A stretch of DNA of 64,000 nucleotides from an uncultured Planctomycetota bacterium (GCA_963719315.1 CAVRBU010000002.1:960001-1024000), one strand, 5' to 3'. Positions 31,754-42,596 are shown, counted from the first letter of the stretch. Notes: a model not told the origin generated them from the letters alone. Translations and numbers: made by a program.

Positions 31754-31803
31754 CAGGCTTTCCAGCCTGACATTACACGCGGAGCGTCAGGCTGGAAAGC
31801 CTG
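31754..31803. repeat. REP-like inverted doublet
   Basis: CAGGCTTTCCAGCCTGAC ... GTCAGGCTGGAAAGCCTG, perfect 18-bp inverted pair. Confidence 0.75.
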
Positions 31804-31814
31804 ACGTTACGGGG

Positions 31815-33233
31815 TTAGGCCGCGCCGTCGATGGGCACATCTTTGGAAGCGGCGTGGCCGTACGTGTTTGCATGGCCATTGCCGTGTGCGCGACCATTCC
31901 TAGGTGCGAAGCCGTTTACCGGCTCCGCGCCGTCACGGACCCAATCCTGGCCATTCGCGCGGAGCTTGATCCGTGCTTCGTCGCGCGGAATTTGGCCCAA
32001 AAACTTGCGTGGCATGCGGCAGTGGACGGAAACGCGATCCTCGGCATACGTGCGGCTCAGGATTTCACCGTGCTTGGCGAGGGCCGCGAGCAGCCGGCCG
32101 TTGCCGACGTCGAGTTCGAGATCGACGTCCAAAAAATGATGGGTGAGCGCGGTGCTGACCGCTGTCGCCAGCCGGTTCAGTCCTTCGCCAGTACGGGCGC
32201 TTACGGCAATCGCCGATGGATAGTGCTCTTTCAGGTGGTCGAGCGTGCCATGTTCCGCAACCGCGTCGATTTGATTGAGAACGAGAATCGTATCTTTCTG
32301 ATTGATGTCGAGTTCTTCGAGCACCTTGTAGACGGCCGCAATTTGTTCGAGCGCGGCCGGGTTGCTGGCGTCGGCGACGTGCAAGAGCAAGTCGGCCTGG
32401 CGGGCTTCTTCGAGCGTGGCCTTGAAACTCGCGATTAAGCTGTGCGGCAAGTCGCGGATGAAGCCGACGGTGTCGCTCAAGAGCACTGGGCCCCAGCCCG
32501 GCAATTGCCATCGGCGGGTGCGAGTATCGAGCGTGGCGAAGAGTTTGTCTTCGGCCAGTTCGTCGGCGCCGGTTAGTTTGTTGAGCAACGTGCTCTTGCC
32601 GGCGTTCGTGTAGCCGATGAGCGAGACCGTCATGCGGTCGCTGCGGGCGGCTACTTCGCGTTCCTTGCGGCGTTGCACTTGATTGAGTTCGCCGCGCAAA
32701 TCGGAAATCCGTTTTTCAACGAGCCGGCGGTCAGTTTCGAGTTGCTTTTCACCAGGGCCGCGCATGCCGACGCCGGCCTTGATGCGCGACAAGTGGGTCC
32801 ACATCCGCTTGAGCCGCGGCAACGAGTACTCGAGCTGTGCAAGCTCCACGGCGAGGCGGGCTTCGTGCGTCTGCGCACGGGACGAGAAAATATCCAGAAT
32901 AATTTCGGTGCGATCGAGCACCTTGACGCCCAGTTCGCGTTCCAAGTTGCGGACTTGGGCGGCCGCGAGATTGTTGTCGAAGACGACCGCGTCCGCGTCG
33001 GTCGCGCGGACCATCAATTCGAGTTGCTCAATTTTGCCTTTGCCAAGATAAGTGGTCTTATCGGGAACTTGGCGTTTCTGGGTAAGACGACCGACAACTT
33101 CGGCCCCAGCGGTTTCAACCAGACCCGCCAACTCGTCCAAGTTGTCGTGGGAGGCCTGATGGTCGGGTAGCTCGACGCCGACCAAGATGGCCGACTCGCT
33201 TTGAACGCCCTGCTTACGGTCAATTTCTTTCAC
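31815..33233 (-). CDS. hflX: GTPase HflX
   Basis: GPGEKQLETDRR, GYTNAGKSTL, LFATLDT, DTVGFI; GTG start preceded by AGGAG. Confidence 0.95.
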   Translation of the reverse strand: MKEIDRKQGVQSESAILVGVELPDHQASHDNLDELAGLVETAGAEVVGRLTQKRQVPDKTTYLGKGKIEQLELMVRATDADAVVFDNNLAAAQVRNLERELGVKVLDRTEIILDIFSSRAQTHEARLAVELAQLEYSLPRLKRMWTHLSRIKAGVGMRGPGEKQLETDRRLVEKRISDLRGELNQVQRRKEREVAARSDRMTVSLIGYTNAGKSTLLNKLTGADELAEDKLFATLDTRTRRWQLPGWGPVLLSDTVGFIRDLPHSLIASFKATLEEARQADLLLHVADASNPAALEQIAAVYKVLEELDINQKDTILVLNQIDAVAEHGTLDHLKEHYPSAIAVSARTGEGLNRLATAVSTALTHHFLDVDLELDVGNGRLLAALAKHGEILSRTYAEDRVSVHCRMPRKFLGQIPRDEARIKLRANGQDWVRDGAEPVNGFAPRNGRAHGNGHANTYGHAASKDVPIDGAA

Positions 33234-33506
33234 TATGGCTCGAGACTCCTCCGGTTTGCGGATCCGCCCGGTGCGTCGTTTTGGACGCTTCTCCTCGGGC
33301 GGGGTTAATCCTGTTCCATTATACCTCGCTGTCAAGTGGCGCGGACGGCGGATTGGGTTCGCACCGTTCTCGTGGAAAAGCCCGGATTATCGGTTGTGCC
33401 AAGGTAACTGGCGGCGAAGGCAAGACAAGGAGAGGGGGAGACAAGGAGAATCGTAGACAACGAGTCTCCAATTTCTCCGTACGTCTCCTGAAGACTCGGT
33501 GTCTGC

Positions 33507-34961
33507 TTACCAAATGTATTCAATACCGGCGTGGGCACCGTAGTAGAACAACTGGCCGTCGTCGTTCACGAAAGGCACCCGCGTACCCTGGTTGCCGAAT
33601 GGCGAAGTCTGGTTGAAGTTTTCACCAGCGAGCACGAGCGAATTTAAGAATAGCACTTCGTAACCGGCTCTCAACGAAACGCTCGGCAAGATGTCTGCCA
33701 CCAGATCGACACTCGCCTCGCCGATGAAAGCCACTTTGTCGTCTCGGAATTGTTCGAATGTTGCTGGCACGAATGCGCCGGCATTGCCTTGGGCGGTTTG
33801 GTTCGTGAACTTGTAATGGTTGTCGTAGATGCCGGCTTTGCCTTCCGTGCCCACCCGAAAACCTTGCATCAAAGAAACCCAAATATCACCACCCGCTTGG
33901 AAGCCCGACAGATTGTTTTCTGCATCGAGTGAATTTCTAAATGCCGGATTCGTGAAAACCGGGTCCACGTTGGGAGTTCCGAGCGTGTTGAATTCGAATT
34001 CTTCACCCACGCGCGTGTAGCGGAAGCCGGCCAATAGCGTACCGGAAATTCGCGGACTCCACCCGAGCCAATACCGGCGATAACTGATCTCGGCGGTTTG
34101 TAAATCTGATTCGAACGAGATGCTGTGCTTGATCGCGCGCTCAGTGAACGGCAGCGGACCGCCGGGGTTGGTCACGCCTACCGGATTCGTGCCGAACAAG
34201 CCGGTTCCCGGGGCTGGCCGCGAGAACAGCGAATACAAATTGCCGGCCGGATCATTGGCCGTCGCGCTCGATTGGTAATCGAAGATGCCCATATAGCCGA
34301 ATTCGACCACCGATAGCGGGCAGATATCGTAGCGGCCCAACAGGCGGAATCCGACCCCTGGGTCAAAATCCAATTCGCGGCTGGAGAGCACAATCGTGTT
34401 GCCCACGTTGAGCGATGTGAAGTCGATGTTCTGTTCGAACGTCTTATCGCGTCGCAAGAAAACGGCTTCGGCGCGGACATCGAAGTAATGCGGACCGCGC
34501 TGGTCGGCCAGGTCGCCTTCCACACCGGTGTCGTTCATTAGATCGTAGCCAATGGGCGGATCGGTCCCGCCGGCGCCCATCGGCATGCTGCTATTGAATC
34601 CGCCGCCGCTACAGGGCGCTGGGCCGTAACAGCCACCGTTGCAGCCGCCGTAGCCATTGCAATCATCGTAGCAACCACAATTGCCGCCGCTCTCGCCGTA
34701 ACCGTTGCATGGCTGGCAAAAGCCGGCCGGAACGATCATAGGATTGCCATAGGCGTCGACGGACGTTGGTCGTCGGCCGCCGCTCGATTCGCCGGGCTCC
34801 ACGTACAACGCCTGCGTTGGCCGCGAGCCAGCAGCGCCTGGTCCATAAGCTCCGTAGGGCGATTGCCCGTGAGAAGCCGCTGGCAATGCCGCACCGACGG
34901 CGACGGCTGCCATGATTCCCACGAGTTTGATCCGCGTTCCGGCCAGAAATCCAATTCGCAT
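33507..34961 (-). CDS. BBP7-like outer-membrane beta-barrel protein
   Basis: Signal peptide, Cys/Gly-rich linker, amphipathic strands, LRAGYEVLFL, C-terminal YGAHAGIEYIW. Confidence 0.75.
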   Translation of the reverse strand: MRIGFLAGTRIKLVGIMAAVAVGAALPAASHGQSPYGAYGPGAAGSRPTQALYVEPGESSGGRRPTSVDAYGNPMIVPAGFCQPCNGYGESGGNCGCYDDCNGYGGCNGGCYGPAPCSGGGFNSSMPMGAGGTDPPIGYDLMNDTGVEGDLADQRGPHYFDVRAEAVFLRRDKTFEQNIDFTSLNVGNTIVLSSRELDFDPGVGFRLLGRYDICPLSVVEFGYMGIFDYQSSATANDPAGNLYSLFSRPAPGTGLFGTNPVGVTNPGGPLPFTERAIKHSISFESDLQTAEISYRRYWLGWSPRISGTLLAGFRYTRVGEEFEFNTLGTPNVDPVFTNPAFRNSLDAENNLSGFQAGGDIWVSLMQGFRVGTEGKAGIYDNHYKFTNQTAQGNAGAFVPATFEQFRDDKVAFIGEASVDLVADILPSVSLRAGYEVLFLNSLVLAGENFNQTSPFGNQGTRVPFVNDDGQLFYYGAHAGIEYIW

Positions 34962-34982
34962 CGTAATCCCCCCTCGGCACTT

Positions 34983-35057
34983 TCGGATTGCCGATTTCGG
35001 GTTACGGATTAGGACAAGTGCATCCAGGGAATCCGCAATCCGCAATCCGAATACCGC
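34983..35057. repeat. Heptamer-repeat palindrome (NCGGATT / AATCCGN)
   Basis: TCGGATT GCCGATT TCGGGTT ACGGATT ... AATCCGC AATCCGC AATCCGA. Confidence 0.75.
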
Positions 35058-35246
35058 CATTCACCAGGGCAGTTGCACCGCAGCGAGCATCGCTATTCGC
35101 CGAAGGCACCCCGAGCGTCGCGGCTGTGTATTTCCTCGGAAAGGACTATCGGACCGGTATCCACGGAAAAACCAGACCTTTCGGTAAATGCCGAATTCCT
35201 TGCCCAGGTCGCCCACTTTGGTGACGAAGTGCTGGCGAACGGCGAG

Positions 35247-35330
35247 GTAGGTCCCTTCTGCCGCAAGGGACCTGGGCGGCTTTGCCGGGTTGCAAGTTGG
35301 TTCAGGTCCCGCTCGGCAAGCGGGACCTAC
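35247..35330. repeat. GTAG-type REP doublet, copy 1
   Basis: GTAGGTCCCTTCTGCCGCAAGGGACCT ... AGGTCCCGCTCGGCAAGCGGGACCTAC. Confidence 0.8.
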
Positions 35331-35723
35331 TTGGAAACCTTGTGTTTTCTTGGGGGAAATCCGGCTATTTTGCGGAACCCGACTGGCCTGAAAAGTGTTG
35401 CAAATCTTCGCAATCAATTAATTTGACGCATTTTCGCGGCCCGTTTACGATGGAAAGATTGAAACGACCGCAACGATAGCATCGTGCAGATCGGATAGGC
35501 GGAGAATCAGGGCCCACTTCGATCCGATTGCGCGCGAAGTGCGGATTGGAACAGGGGGGCTAACGTGCGGTCGTCCATGGTTCGTACTTGCGGCGTGGAG
35601 CAACGTCGCCAGGCGGAGAAACAATCTTCTTTCGGTATGCGCCGCGCCTGTCGTTCGGAACCGATGGCAGCGGCGACCCACAAATGGGAAATGGCCGGAG
35701 TTAAGTGAGAAGGGGAATCTGTC

Positions 35724-38700
35724 GTGAAGAGACGCAATCGGAAGAGTCGCCAACGTATGTCGCCGCGCCGCGCCGCGCTCGGTCTATTCGCTAACCGGAA
35801 CGAGCGCAAACGCAAGTCGTGGTCGTTCGAGCGATTGGAAGATCGGTTGTGCTTCTCGGCTGCGCCGCTCGATTATCAAGTCGTCAGCTTCTCGAGCGAT
35901 AACGCCGCGGGCGCTGCTCAGACGTTGCTCGACGAATTGTATTGGGGTCAGTTGCAGGCGGCGAGCGCCGCCGGTTCAGCGGCGGGCGCGACGATCGATA
36001 CGACGATCGATATGGATACGCCGAGGTACGTTGTTATGTCGTTGCCGACCGATCCGTTGTTTGCGGATCAATGGCATTTGCTGAATACGGGGCAAGAGGT
36101 GGGCAATCCTGACCTGCAACATTTGTTTGGCGTGGCGGGACAAGACATCAATGTTCTAGGCGCGTGGAACATGGTCGACGCCAACGGCGACCCGATTACC
36201 GGTGAGGGCGTGTTGGTGGCCGTCATTGATTCTGGTGTGCAATTGTTCCATCCCGACCTCGCGGCCAACATCAGCCCAACACTGCGTTACAACTCCGCGA
36301 ACGGCACGAGCAATGTCAACCCGAGTTTGATCCTTTTTACCGGAGGTCATGGAACATCGGTGGCGGGCATTATCGCCGCCGTGGCCGACAACGGCCTGGG
36401 CGGTACGGGTGTTGCGCCGGGCGCCACGATCGTGCCGATCAAGGCCGACGGAGCCGGCGGTGGCTTTAGCTTTCAGTCATTGGAAAACGCGTTACTTTAC
36501 GCGCTGCAAAACGATGTTGATATCACCAACAACAGTTTGGGACCGCCGGGACGAGTTGCCTTCAACATTCCCCCGGAGTTTACACAACTTCTCCGCCAAT
36601 CGGTCGTCAACGGTCGCGACGGCCTGGGCATGATCAATGTTTACGCTTCTGGAAACGATGCCGGCCCAAGATTTACCAATGGCTTCCCGGATATCGGCGA
36701 TTACTCCAGCTCGAGCTACAACGCGTTTGTCAATTCGCGTTATACGATCGGTGTGGGTGGTGTCGATCACGACGGGCTTTACATCAACGCCGACGGCACG
36801 TTTACGTCCTATCCCGAGGCGGGCGCATCGGTGCTGGTGGCGGCGCCTACGGGTTCGAATGGCGCCACGAATATCGCGGACGACGACGGCTACGGCAGCG
36901 GGATATGGACGACGGACCTGGTCGGCGATTTCGGGTTCAACGCCGCCCCGTTGCCGAATGGTTTCGATCCGGACCGCGATTTGTTGCCAGATCCCGATTA
37001 CACATCGCGCTTCAACGGCACATCGGCCGCTGCGCCGATGGTCAGCGGCGTGATCGCGCTCATGCTCCAGGCGAATCCGACGCTCACGTTTCGCGACGTG
37101 CAGGAAATACTCGTCCGCAGCTCGCGGCAGAACGCCCAATTCGAGTTCCCAACCTCCGGGGGTTTTGGAGGCAGTGGCGCCTCGAAGAATACTTGGCAGA
37201 CGAACCAGACGGGTCCGTTTCGCAATCCCGATTCATTCTTTAGTCCATTCTATACGGACCCCTTCACTGCCTTTAATTTCCCGATCGCCGATCCGAACGT
37301 GAACGGGTTTGGTTTCGGTGGGTTCTTTGGGCCCGATACGAATGACGGCAGCCGACAAGGATCAAGCGTCTACGAGCCCCAACCCGCCCTGTTCACCAAT
37401 GGCGCCGGTTATACCGTTAGTCAGGGCTACGGCGTGTATGGAGAGCAGATAGGCTACGCGCACGGCGTGGTCGATGCCGAGGAAGCTGTCTACATGGCGC
37501 TGCATTGGAATGAATTGAACCAGAACATCAATCCCAATACCGAATTGACCTATACAACGTCCGTGGTCGTGACGGCCGCGAATCTACCCGCCGCCGAACG
37601 CTTGCCGCTCAATCACGGTGGCTTCTTGATTCCCGGCGGCATTGGCGGGCTCGCCGGCTATCGCGCCTATTGGGACGAGTACTTTTCGATGACACCGTTC
37701 GCCATGTATATGGGTCCACCCGCCGAACAGCGGGGGTTTTCCTACATCGATTTTGCCGTACCGCCCAGTCAGGAGATGGACGTCGAGTGGGTGGAAGTGA
37801 AGGTCGATATCAGCGGTGGTTCGACGGGGCTCGACGGCCTGCGAATCATGCTCGTGTCACCGGATGGAACGCAGAGCGAACTGAACAATTACTATCAAAG
37901 CCCAACCTTCATACCCTATTCATCGCAACCCAGCTCGAGTAATCCGACGATCGCTCCGGGCGGCACGTTTGACCAAACCGGCGGAAGTTTCGTCTGGACT
38001 TTCAGCACGAATCGCAACTTTGGCGAGAGTTCCAATAGCGAGGTGATCCTCAATCCGGTGACCGGCGAGCCGGTCTTGCAGCAGGTCGATTCGTTCGATC
38101 CCGTGACGCAACAGTTTACGTCCACGATGGAACCGATTTTCCGCAATTGGGAAGTTCACATCGAGAATTGGTCCCCCGTGCAAATGGGCCTGAATGCCGT
38201 CGAAGTGGTCTGGCACGGCAAGCCGATCGGCGGCGGCGAATACGACCCGACTTACGGGGCCAATGGCATCCTTAAGGCGCAGCGGGTCCAGGGCTTCGTC
38301 GGCATCGATACCAATGGCGACGAGCAGTTCAATTACCGTCGCTCGGTGCAGACTGTCTCCGGCTCGCACGCCGATACGAGCGATATCCGCGATGGCGACG
38401 TCACTCGCCAGCTCGATTTCAACGACAACAATCTAAACGGCATTTACGACGAAGGCGACACGATCAATCAAGAGCCGTTCGCCGCGAATGTCGTGGTCCA
38501 GGCCTACCGCGTCGATCCGGCGACCGACCTGGCGGAGGCCACACCGGTCGCGCAATTTCTGACTGGCGCCGACGGCAACTACTACTTCGATCTCGACCCG
38601 ACGCAAACGTATGAGATTCGGATTGTCGATCGCGGCAATCTCGATGCGTTCGGGGTTGAACGTCCCAAGCTGGAAGACGTTACCACTCCCGCGCTCCCCA

Positions 38701-40787
38701 CTTCTGACCCGGCCTTTACGTACCTGCAGCATTACAAGCAGGTATGGCGGATCACGCCCGATTGGTTCTACGCGCCCGATCACGACAACGCGCTGTTGCT
38801 CGGAAACGAGCCTGGGGAGATCTTCTTCGATCCGTCGACCAAAGCGCCCGTGCCCTACGATAACTTTGGCTTGCTGACGCCCGTTCCGATGGCGGTCAAG
38901 AACATCAACTTCTTGCTCAAGCAGGATGCCCCGTCGAACCAGTTCGACGTCACAGGCACGGTGTATTCCGACTTGAATGGCGACGGCCAATTCAATGGCG
39001 CGGATGCCGCGGCCGCTGGTGTGTTCGTGTATTGGGATATAAACCGCAACGGATCCTTCGATTCGGGCGAAACGGAGGTCATGACCGATGCTAGCGGACA
39101 ATACACGCTGCCGATCGATTTGACGACGCTGCCGCCTCCCGTTCCGACCGGCAACGCGACCTACCAGATCGGCGTGATCCGACCCAATTCGGATTGGGCG
39201 TTTACTGATCCGGGTCACGACGGAGTCGAGACGGTGTTTGCCGGTCCCGGGTCGCCGAACCAGTTGGTCAACTTCTTCATTCAGCCTCCGGGCGGTCAAA
39301 ATCCCAACGGCAGCGGCCCCGGCACCATTCAAGGCTTCGTCTTCAACGACATGAATGGCAATGGATTGCAAGGGCTCGGCGAACAAGGCGTGCCGAACTT
39401 CCGCGTATTCATCGACACGAACTTGGACGGCTCTTGGGATAGCGCGACCGAGGCTTCAGCCCTCACGGGCAGTAACGGATCGTTCTTCTTCCCCAATCTG
39501 ACGCCCGGCTTGTATCGCATCGACGTCGTCATCCCGAACGAGGGTACGCCGGCTGCGGCCTGGAGCATCACCGCTCCTGCTGTGGGTTACCGAGAGGTGC
39601 AACTGGCGGCCGGCGAAGCGGTCACGGGCGTGAAATTCGGCCTCGATAATCTAGCCGATAACGATTGGGGCGATTTGCCGGATACATACGGCACCACGGC
39701 CGCGGCGAACGGCCCGCACCACCTCGTGACGCCCGGCTTCCATCTGGGAGCGAGCGCCGACGGCGAAGTGAACGGGATGCCCACGCCGGGGGCCACGGGC
39801 GAAGGTCTGGTCGGCGACAACGACGATGGCGTGATCGTCGTCAGCAACGGCGGCGTCTTGAAGAAGGGAGTGAACACCCTCCGCGTGACGGTGGCGGGCG
39901 TCGGCGGGTTGCTCACCGGTTGGATGGATTTCAACGGCGATGGTCATTTCACCGAAAGCGAGCGATTGACCTGGACTTTGAACGGCAACAATCTCGGCGG
40001 CGAGGCGGATATCAATCCGGGCACGTACGACCTGCAGATCACGATTCCCGCGAGCGCCGTAGACGGCGCGCTGGCCTCCCGGTTCCGCTGGGGTGAACAA
40101 GGCCTGTCGTTTGTCGGGCCATCGGCCATCGGCGAAGTCGAAGATTATTTCTTCGGCCTCAATTACCTGTTCGGCGACTATAACCATAATGGCGTCGTCG
40201 ACAACGGCGATTACACGGTCTGGCGCCGCACACAGGGCCAGTCCGTGGCGCCCTTCACGGGCGCCGATGGCAATGGCGACGGCACGATCAATCAGGCCGA
40301 CTACGATGTCTGGCGCGCCCATTTCGGCGAGACACTTCCCGGGCCCGGCGCCGGGGCGGGTGCTCTGCTGGCAGACGGCGGCGATTCGTCCGCCGGAGGT
40401 TCGTCTGTTGGCGCGGCTGCAGCACTAGCTACGGCTTCCAGTGTGGATTTGGTCGCTTCCGCGGGTTCCGTCGTCGAGTCGTCGCCGAGTTCTCCGGTTG
40501 GTGTGTCCCTGAGCAGCGCAAGCTTTGCATTTGCTTCGACAGGTGGCAGCGATTCGTCGGTATTCCAGTCGAATGTGGGCCTCGGCCACGCGACCGTCGC
40601 GGAAGCCTCGACGTCCAACTCGAATCAGTTACTTCTCGACCTGGCCTGGGCCGGTGTTGACGACGCATCCTACGATGCTGCCGATGAATCCTTGTACGAT
40701 TCCGGCCAACACGAGGAAGCGCACGTTAGCGATTTGGCTCTCGCGGCCGTGCTCAATGATGATTCGGATTGGTGGGACGCTTTGTAG
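35724..40787 (+). CDS. Large secreted kexin-like S8 serine peptidase (P-domain, SdrD-B-like, GEVED, dockerin-like)
   Basis: FERLEDRLCFS planctomycete signal; triad VAVIDSG / GHGTSVAG / FNGTSAAAP; GEVEDY; GDYNHNGVVDNGDYTVWR. Confidence 0.9.
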   Translation: MKRRNRKSRQRMSPRRAALGLFANRNERKRKSWSFERLEDRLCFSAAPLDYQVVSFSSDNAAGAAQTLLDELYWGQLQAASAAGSAAGATIDTTIDMDTPRYVVMSLPTDPLFADQWHLLNTGQEVGNPDLQHLFGVAGQDINVLGAWNMVDANGDPITGEGVLVAVIDSGVQLFHPDLAANISPTLRYNSANGTSNVNPSLILFTGGHGTSVAGIIAAVADNGLGGTGVAPGATIVPIKADGAGGGFSFQSLENALLYALQNDVDITNNSLGPPGRVAFNIPPEFTQLLRQSVVNGRDGLGMINVYASGNDAGPRFTNGFPDIGDYSSSSYNAFVNSRYTIGVGGVDHDGLYINADGTFTSYPEAGASVLVAAPTGSNGATNIADDDGYGSGIWTTDLVGDFGFNAAPLPNGFDPDRDLLPDPDYTSRFNGTSAAAPMVSGVIALMLQANPTLTFRDVQEILVRSSRQNAQFEFPTSGGFGGSGASKNTWQTNQTGPFRNPDSFFSPFYTDPFTAFNFPIADPNVNGFGFGGFFGPDTNDGSRQGSSVYEPQPALFTNGAGYTVSQGYGVYGEQIGYAHGVVDAEEAVYMALHWNELNQNINPNTELTYTTSVVVTAANLPAAERLPLNHGGFLIPGGIGGLAGYRAYWDEYFSMTPFAMYMGPPAEQRGFSYIDFAVPPSQEMDVEWVEVKVDISGGSTGLDGLRIMLVSPDGTQSELNNYYQSPTFIPYSSQPSSSNPTIAPGGTFDQTGGSFVWTFSTNRNFGESSNSEVILNPVTGEPVLQQVDSFDPVTQQFTSTMEPIFRNWEVHIENWSPVQMGLNAVEVVWHGKPIGGGEYDPTYGANGILKAQRVQGFVGIDTNGDEQFNYRRSVQTVSGSHADTSDIRDGDVTRQLDFNDNNLNGIYDEGDTINQEPFAANVVVQAYRVDPATDLAEATPVAQFLTGADGNYYFDLDPTQTYEIRIVDRGNLDAFGVERPKLEDVTTPALPTSDPAFTYLQHYKQVWRITPDWFYAPDHDNALLLGNEPGEIFFDPSTKAPVPYDNFGLLTPVPMAVKNINFLLKQDAPSNQFDVTGTVYSDLNGDGQFNGADAAAAGVFVYWDINRNGSFDSGETEVMTDASGQYTLPIDLTTLPPPVPTGNATYQIGVIRPNSDWAFTDPGHDGVETVFAGPGSPNQLVNFFIQPPGGQNPNGSGPGTIQGFVFNDMNGNGLQGLGEQGVPNFRVFIDTNLDGSWDSATEASALTGSNGSFFFPNLTPGLYRIDVVIPNEGTPAAAWSITAPAVGYREVQLAAGEAVTGVKFGLDNLADNDWGDLPDTYGTTAAANGPHHLVTPGFHLGASADGEVNGMPTPGATGEGLVGDNDDGVIVVSNGGVLKKGVNTLRVTVAGVGGLLTGWMDFNGDGHFTESERLTWTLNGNNLGGEADINPGTYDLQITIPASAVDGALASRFRWGEQGLSFVGPSAIGEVEDYFFGLNYLFGDYNHNGVVDNGDYTVWRRTQGQSVAPFTGADGNGDGTINQADYDVWRAHFGETLPGPGAGAGALLADGGDSSAGGSSVGAAAALATASSVDLVASAGSVVESSPSSPVGVSLSSASFAFASTGGSDSSVFQSNVGLGHATVAEASTSNSNQLLLDLAWAGVDDASYDAADESLYDSGQHEEAHVSDLALAAVLNDDSDWWDAL

Positions 40788-40868
40788 GTCTCCTCTGCCG
40801 GAAGAGACCTATGCGAATCATCGAAGTTTGCGACAACGTCAAGGTCCCGCTCGGCAAGCGGGACATAC
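40784..40868. repeat. GTAG-type REP doublet, copy 2
   Basis: GTAGGTCTCCTCTGCCGGAAGAGACCT ... AGGTCCCGCTCGGCAAGCGGGACATAC; its TAG is the peptidase stop codon. Confidence 0.8.
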
Positions 40869-40871
40869 TTT

Positions 40872-42320
40872 TTATTTGCTGGCGACCATCGAAACGACTT
40901 CGCCCGCTTCCAACGGCGGCGTCCCGATCACCCGCATTCGCCGCCAGCGACCGATCCGAAATCGCGTGACATACGTCACCGCCGCGATCAGGCACCAGAA
41001 CACGATCAGCGTCCAGCAGCCGTATACGTTGAGTCTCCACATCTGCACGCAAAGCCAACTGAACCCCGCCAGCAATGTGGCCAGAACCAGGCTCACGCGT
41101 AGCAAGAACCGCGTGTCGCCCGCGCCCTTGAGCGCTCCCACGAAAACCATTTGAGTCGCATCGAGCAGGCTGTAAGCCGCCACATACTTCAGCAGCATGG
41201 CAGCCATCTCGCGCACGGCAGATTGATCGGATTCGCTCGCCGCGTAATTCGTGAAGAAGCCGCGCAAGAACAATCCGGGAACGAAAAAGTAAAGCAGCGA
41301 TATCAGAAGCATGTAGGCGAGTGCGATTTGCAACGTGGTGATCGTCGCGGTCGCGGCGAGGTCGTCGCGATCTTCGCCCAACCGCTCGCCCACGAGGACG
41401 CTCACGCCCAAATGCAAGCCGAAGATCGGCATGAAGGACAGGGAGCTTACGCTGAAGGCCATGCTGGTGGCTTCCGCTTCGGTGCCGCCCAGCCGGCCGA
41501 CGAGCAGGATGAACACCGTGAAGCCGGTCACGTCGAGCAGCATTTGGAAACCGCTGGGACCGCCGAAATACAGCATCCGCCTCACGAAAGCCCCGTCCCA
41601 GCGCATGCCGGACGCGGTTCCGAATCGCGTGCGATGGCGTTGCTGGAGCGGGAGCGCGAGGTAGACGAGCGACTTAAGCCACAGGCTAACGACGGTCGCC
41701 CACGCCGCGCCGGCCACGCCCCATTCCGGAAATCCGTAATACCCGAAGATCCAGCAATAATCGAGCACGAGGTTCAGAGTCGCGGCGCCCGCGTCCACAA
41801 TCATCACGACCCACGTTTGCCCGCGTCCGCTGTAAAACGCCGAAGCCGACTGGCTCAGGAGCAGCGCGGGTCCACCCACGCAGAGAATCTGAAAGTACTG
41901 AACTTCGAATCCGTACGACCGGGCGTTGTGCCCTGCCAAACCGAAGAACCAAGGCGCGAGCACTATTGCTGCCAGGAAAATCACACCGCAGCCGAGTGCG
42001 ATCCACACCGCCTGCCAGATGACCAGCCCAACTCGCTGGGGCTGACGTGCGCCGTCGTATTGGGCCACAAACGTGTTCGCGTACGAGCACACGCCGAGCG
42101 GCAGGCAGGCCACGGCGAACCACGCGATGCCGGCCGAAAACGCCGCCGCCATCGCCGTGCCCGAAACCCGATTGAGCATCATCCGATCGATGAAGGTCAT
42201 GATCGTCCACGAAAAGCTGGAGACCACGAGCGGCGCCGCCACGCGCAGCACATCGCGCCCGCCGCTGGGCTTGCCCCACCAGGACACTTCGGTGGCGAGA
42301 TTGGGATTGCTGAGCGTCAC
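40872..42320 (-). CDS. MATE-family efflux transporter
   Basis: About 12 TM segments, VAQYDGA, GRGQT, GALKGAGDT, RFRIGRW. Confidence 0.9.
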   Translation of the reverse strand: MTLSNPNLATEVSWWGKPSGGRDVLRVAAPLVVSSFSWTIMTFIDRMMLNRVSGTAMAAAFSAGIAWFAVACLPLGVCSYANTFVAQYDGARQPQRVGLVIWQAVWIALGCGVIFLAAIVLAPWFFGLAGHNARSYGFEVQYFQILCVGGPALLLSQSASAFYSGRGQTWVVMIVDAGAATLNLVLDYCWIFGYYGFPEWGVAGAAWATVVSLWLKSLVYLALPLQQRHRTRFGTASGMRWDGAFVRRMLYFGGPSGFQMLLDVTGFTVFILLVGRLGGTEAEATSMAFSVSSLSFMPIFGLHLGVSVLVGERLGEDRDDLAATATITTLQIALAYMLLISLLYFFVPGLFLRGFFTNYAASESDQSAVREMAAMLLKYVAAYSLLDATQMVFVGALKGAGDTRFLLRVSLVLATLLAGFSWLCVQMWRLNVYGCWTLIVFWCLIAAVTYVTRFRIGRWRRMRVIGTPPLEAGEVVSMVASK

Positions 42321-42385
42321 GTGCGATCCTGGTCTGTTGAAATCCGCGGGCGAGATTTTCGAGGTCTACTCGGAAAATAGGAAAT

Positions 42386-42457
42386 TGTGAGGTCTCTCCG
42401 AAGCCGATGCCGGGTTGTAATCTCTACACGTCATCGGCGTCGGAGACGCCTCCCACA
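42386..42457. repeat. REP-like doublet (related copy at about 20311-20385)
   Basis: ATCGGCGTCGGAGACGCCTCCCACA here vs ATCGGGCGTCGGAGACGCCTCTCACG near 20360; each preceded by a degenerate inverse ending GCCGAT. Confidence 0.6.
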
Positions 42458-42596
42458 GGATCGTTTGTTGCACAGTCCTCAATCGAAGTATGCATGACGT
42501 CCTGTGGAACGCAGCTTGCAAAGCCAGATCGTAGCCAGACAGCCCACCCGCCGCGAGGGTTCACACGTGTGGTGCTATCGCTCCGTGACGGCTGGC

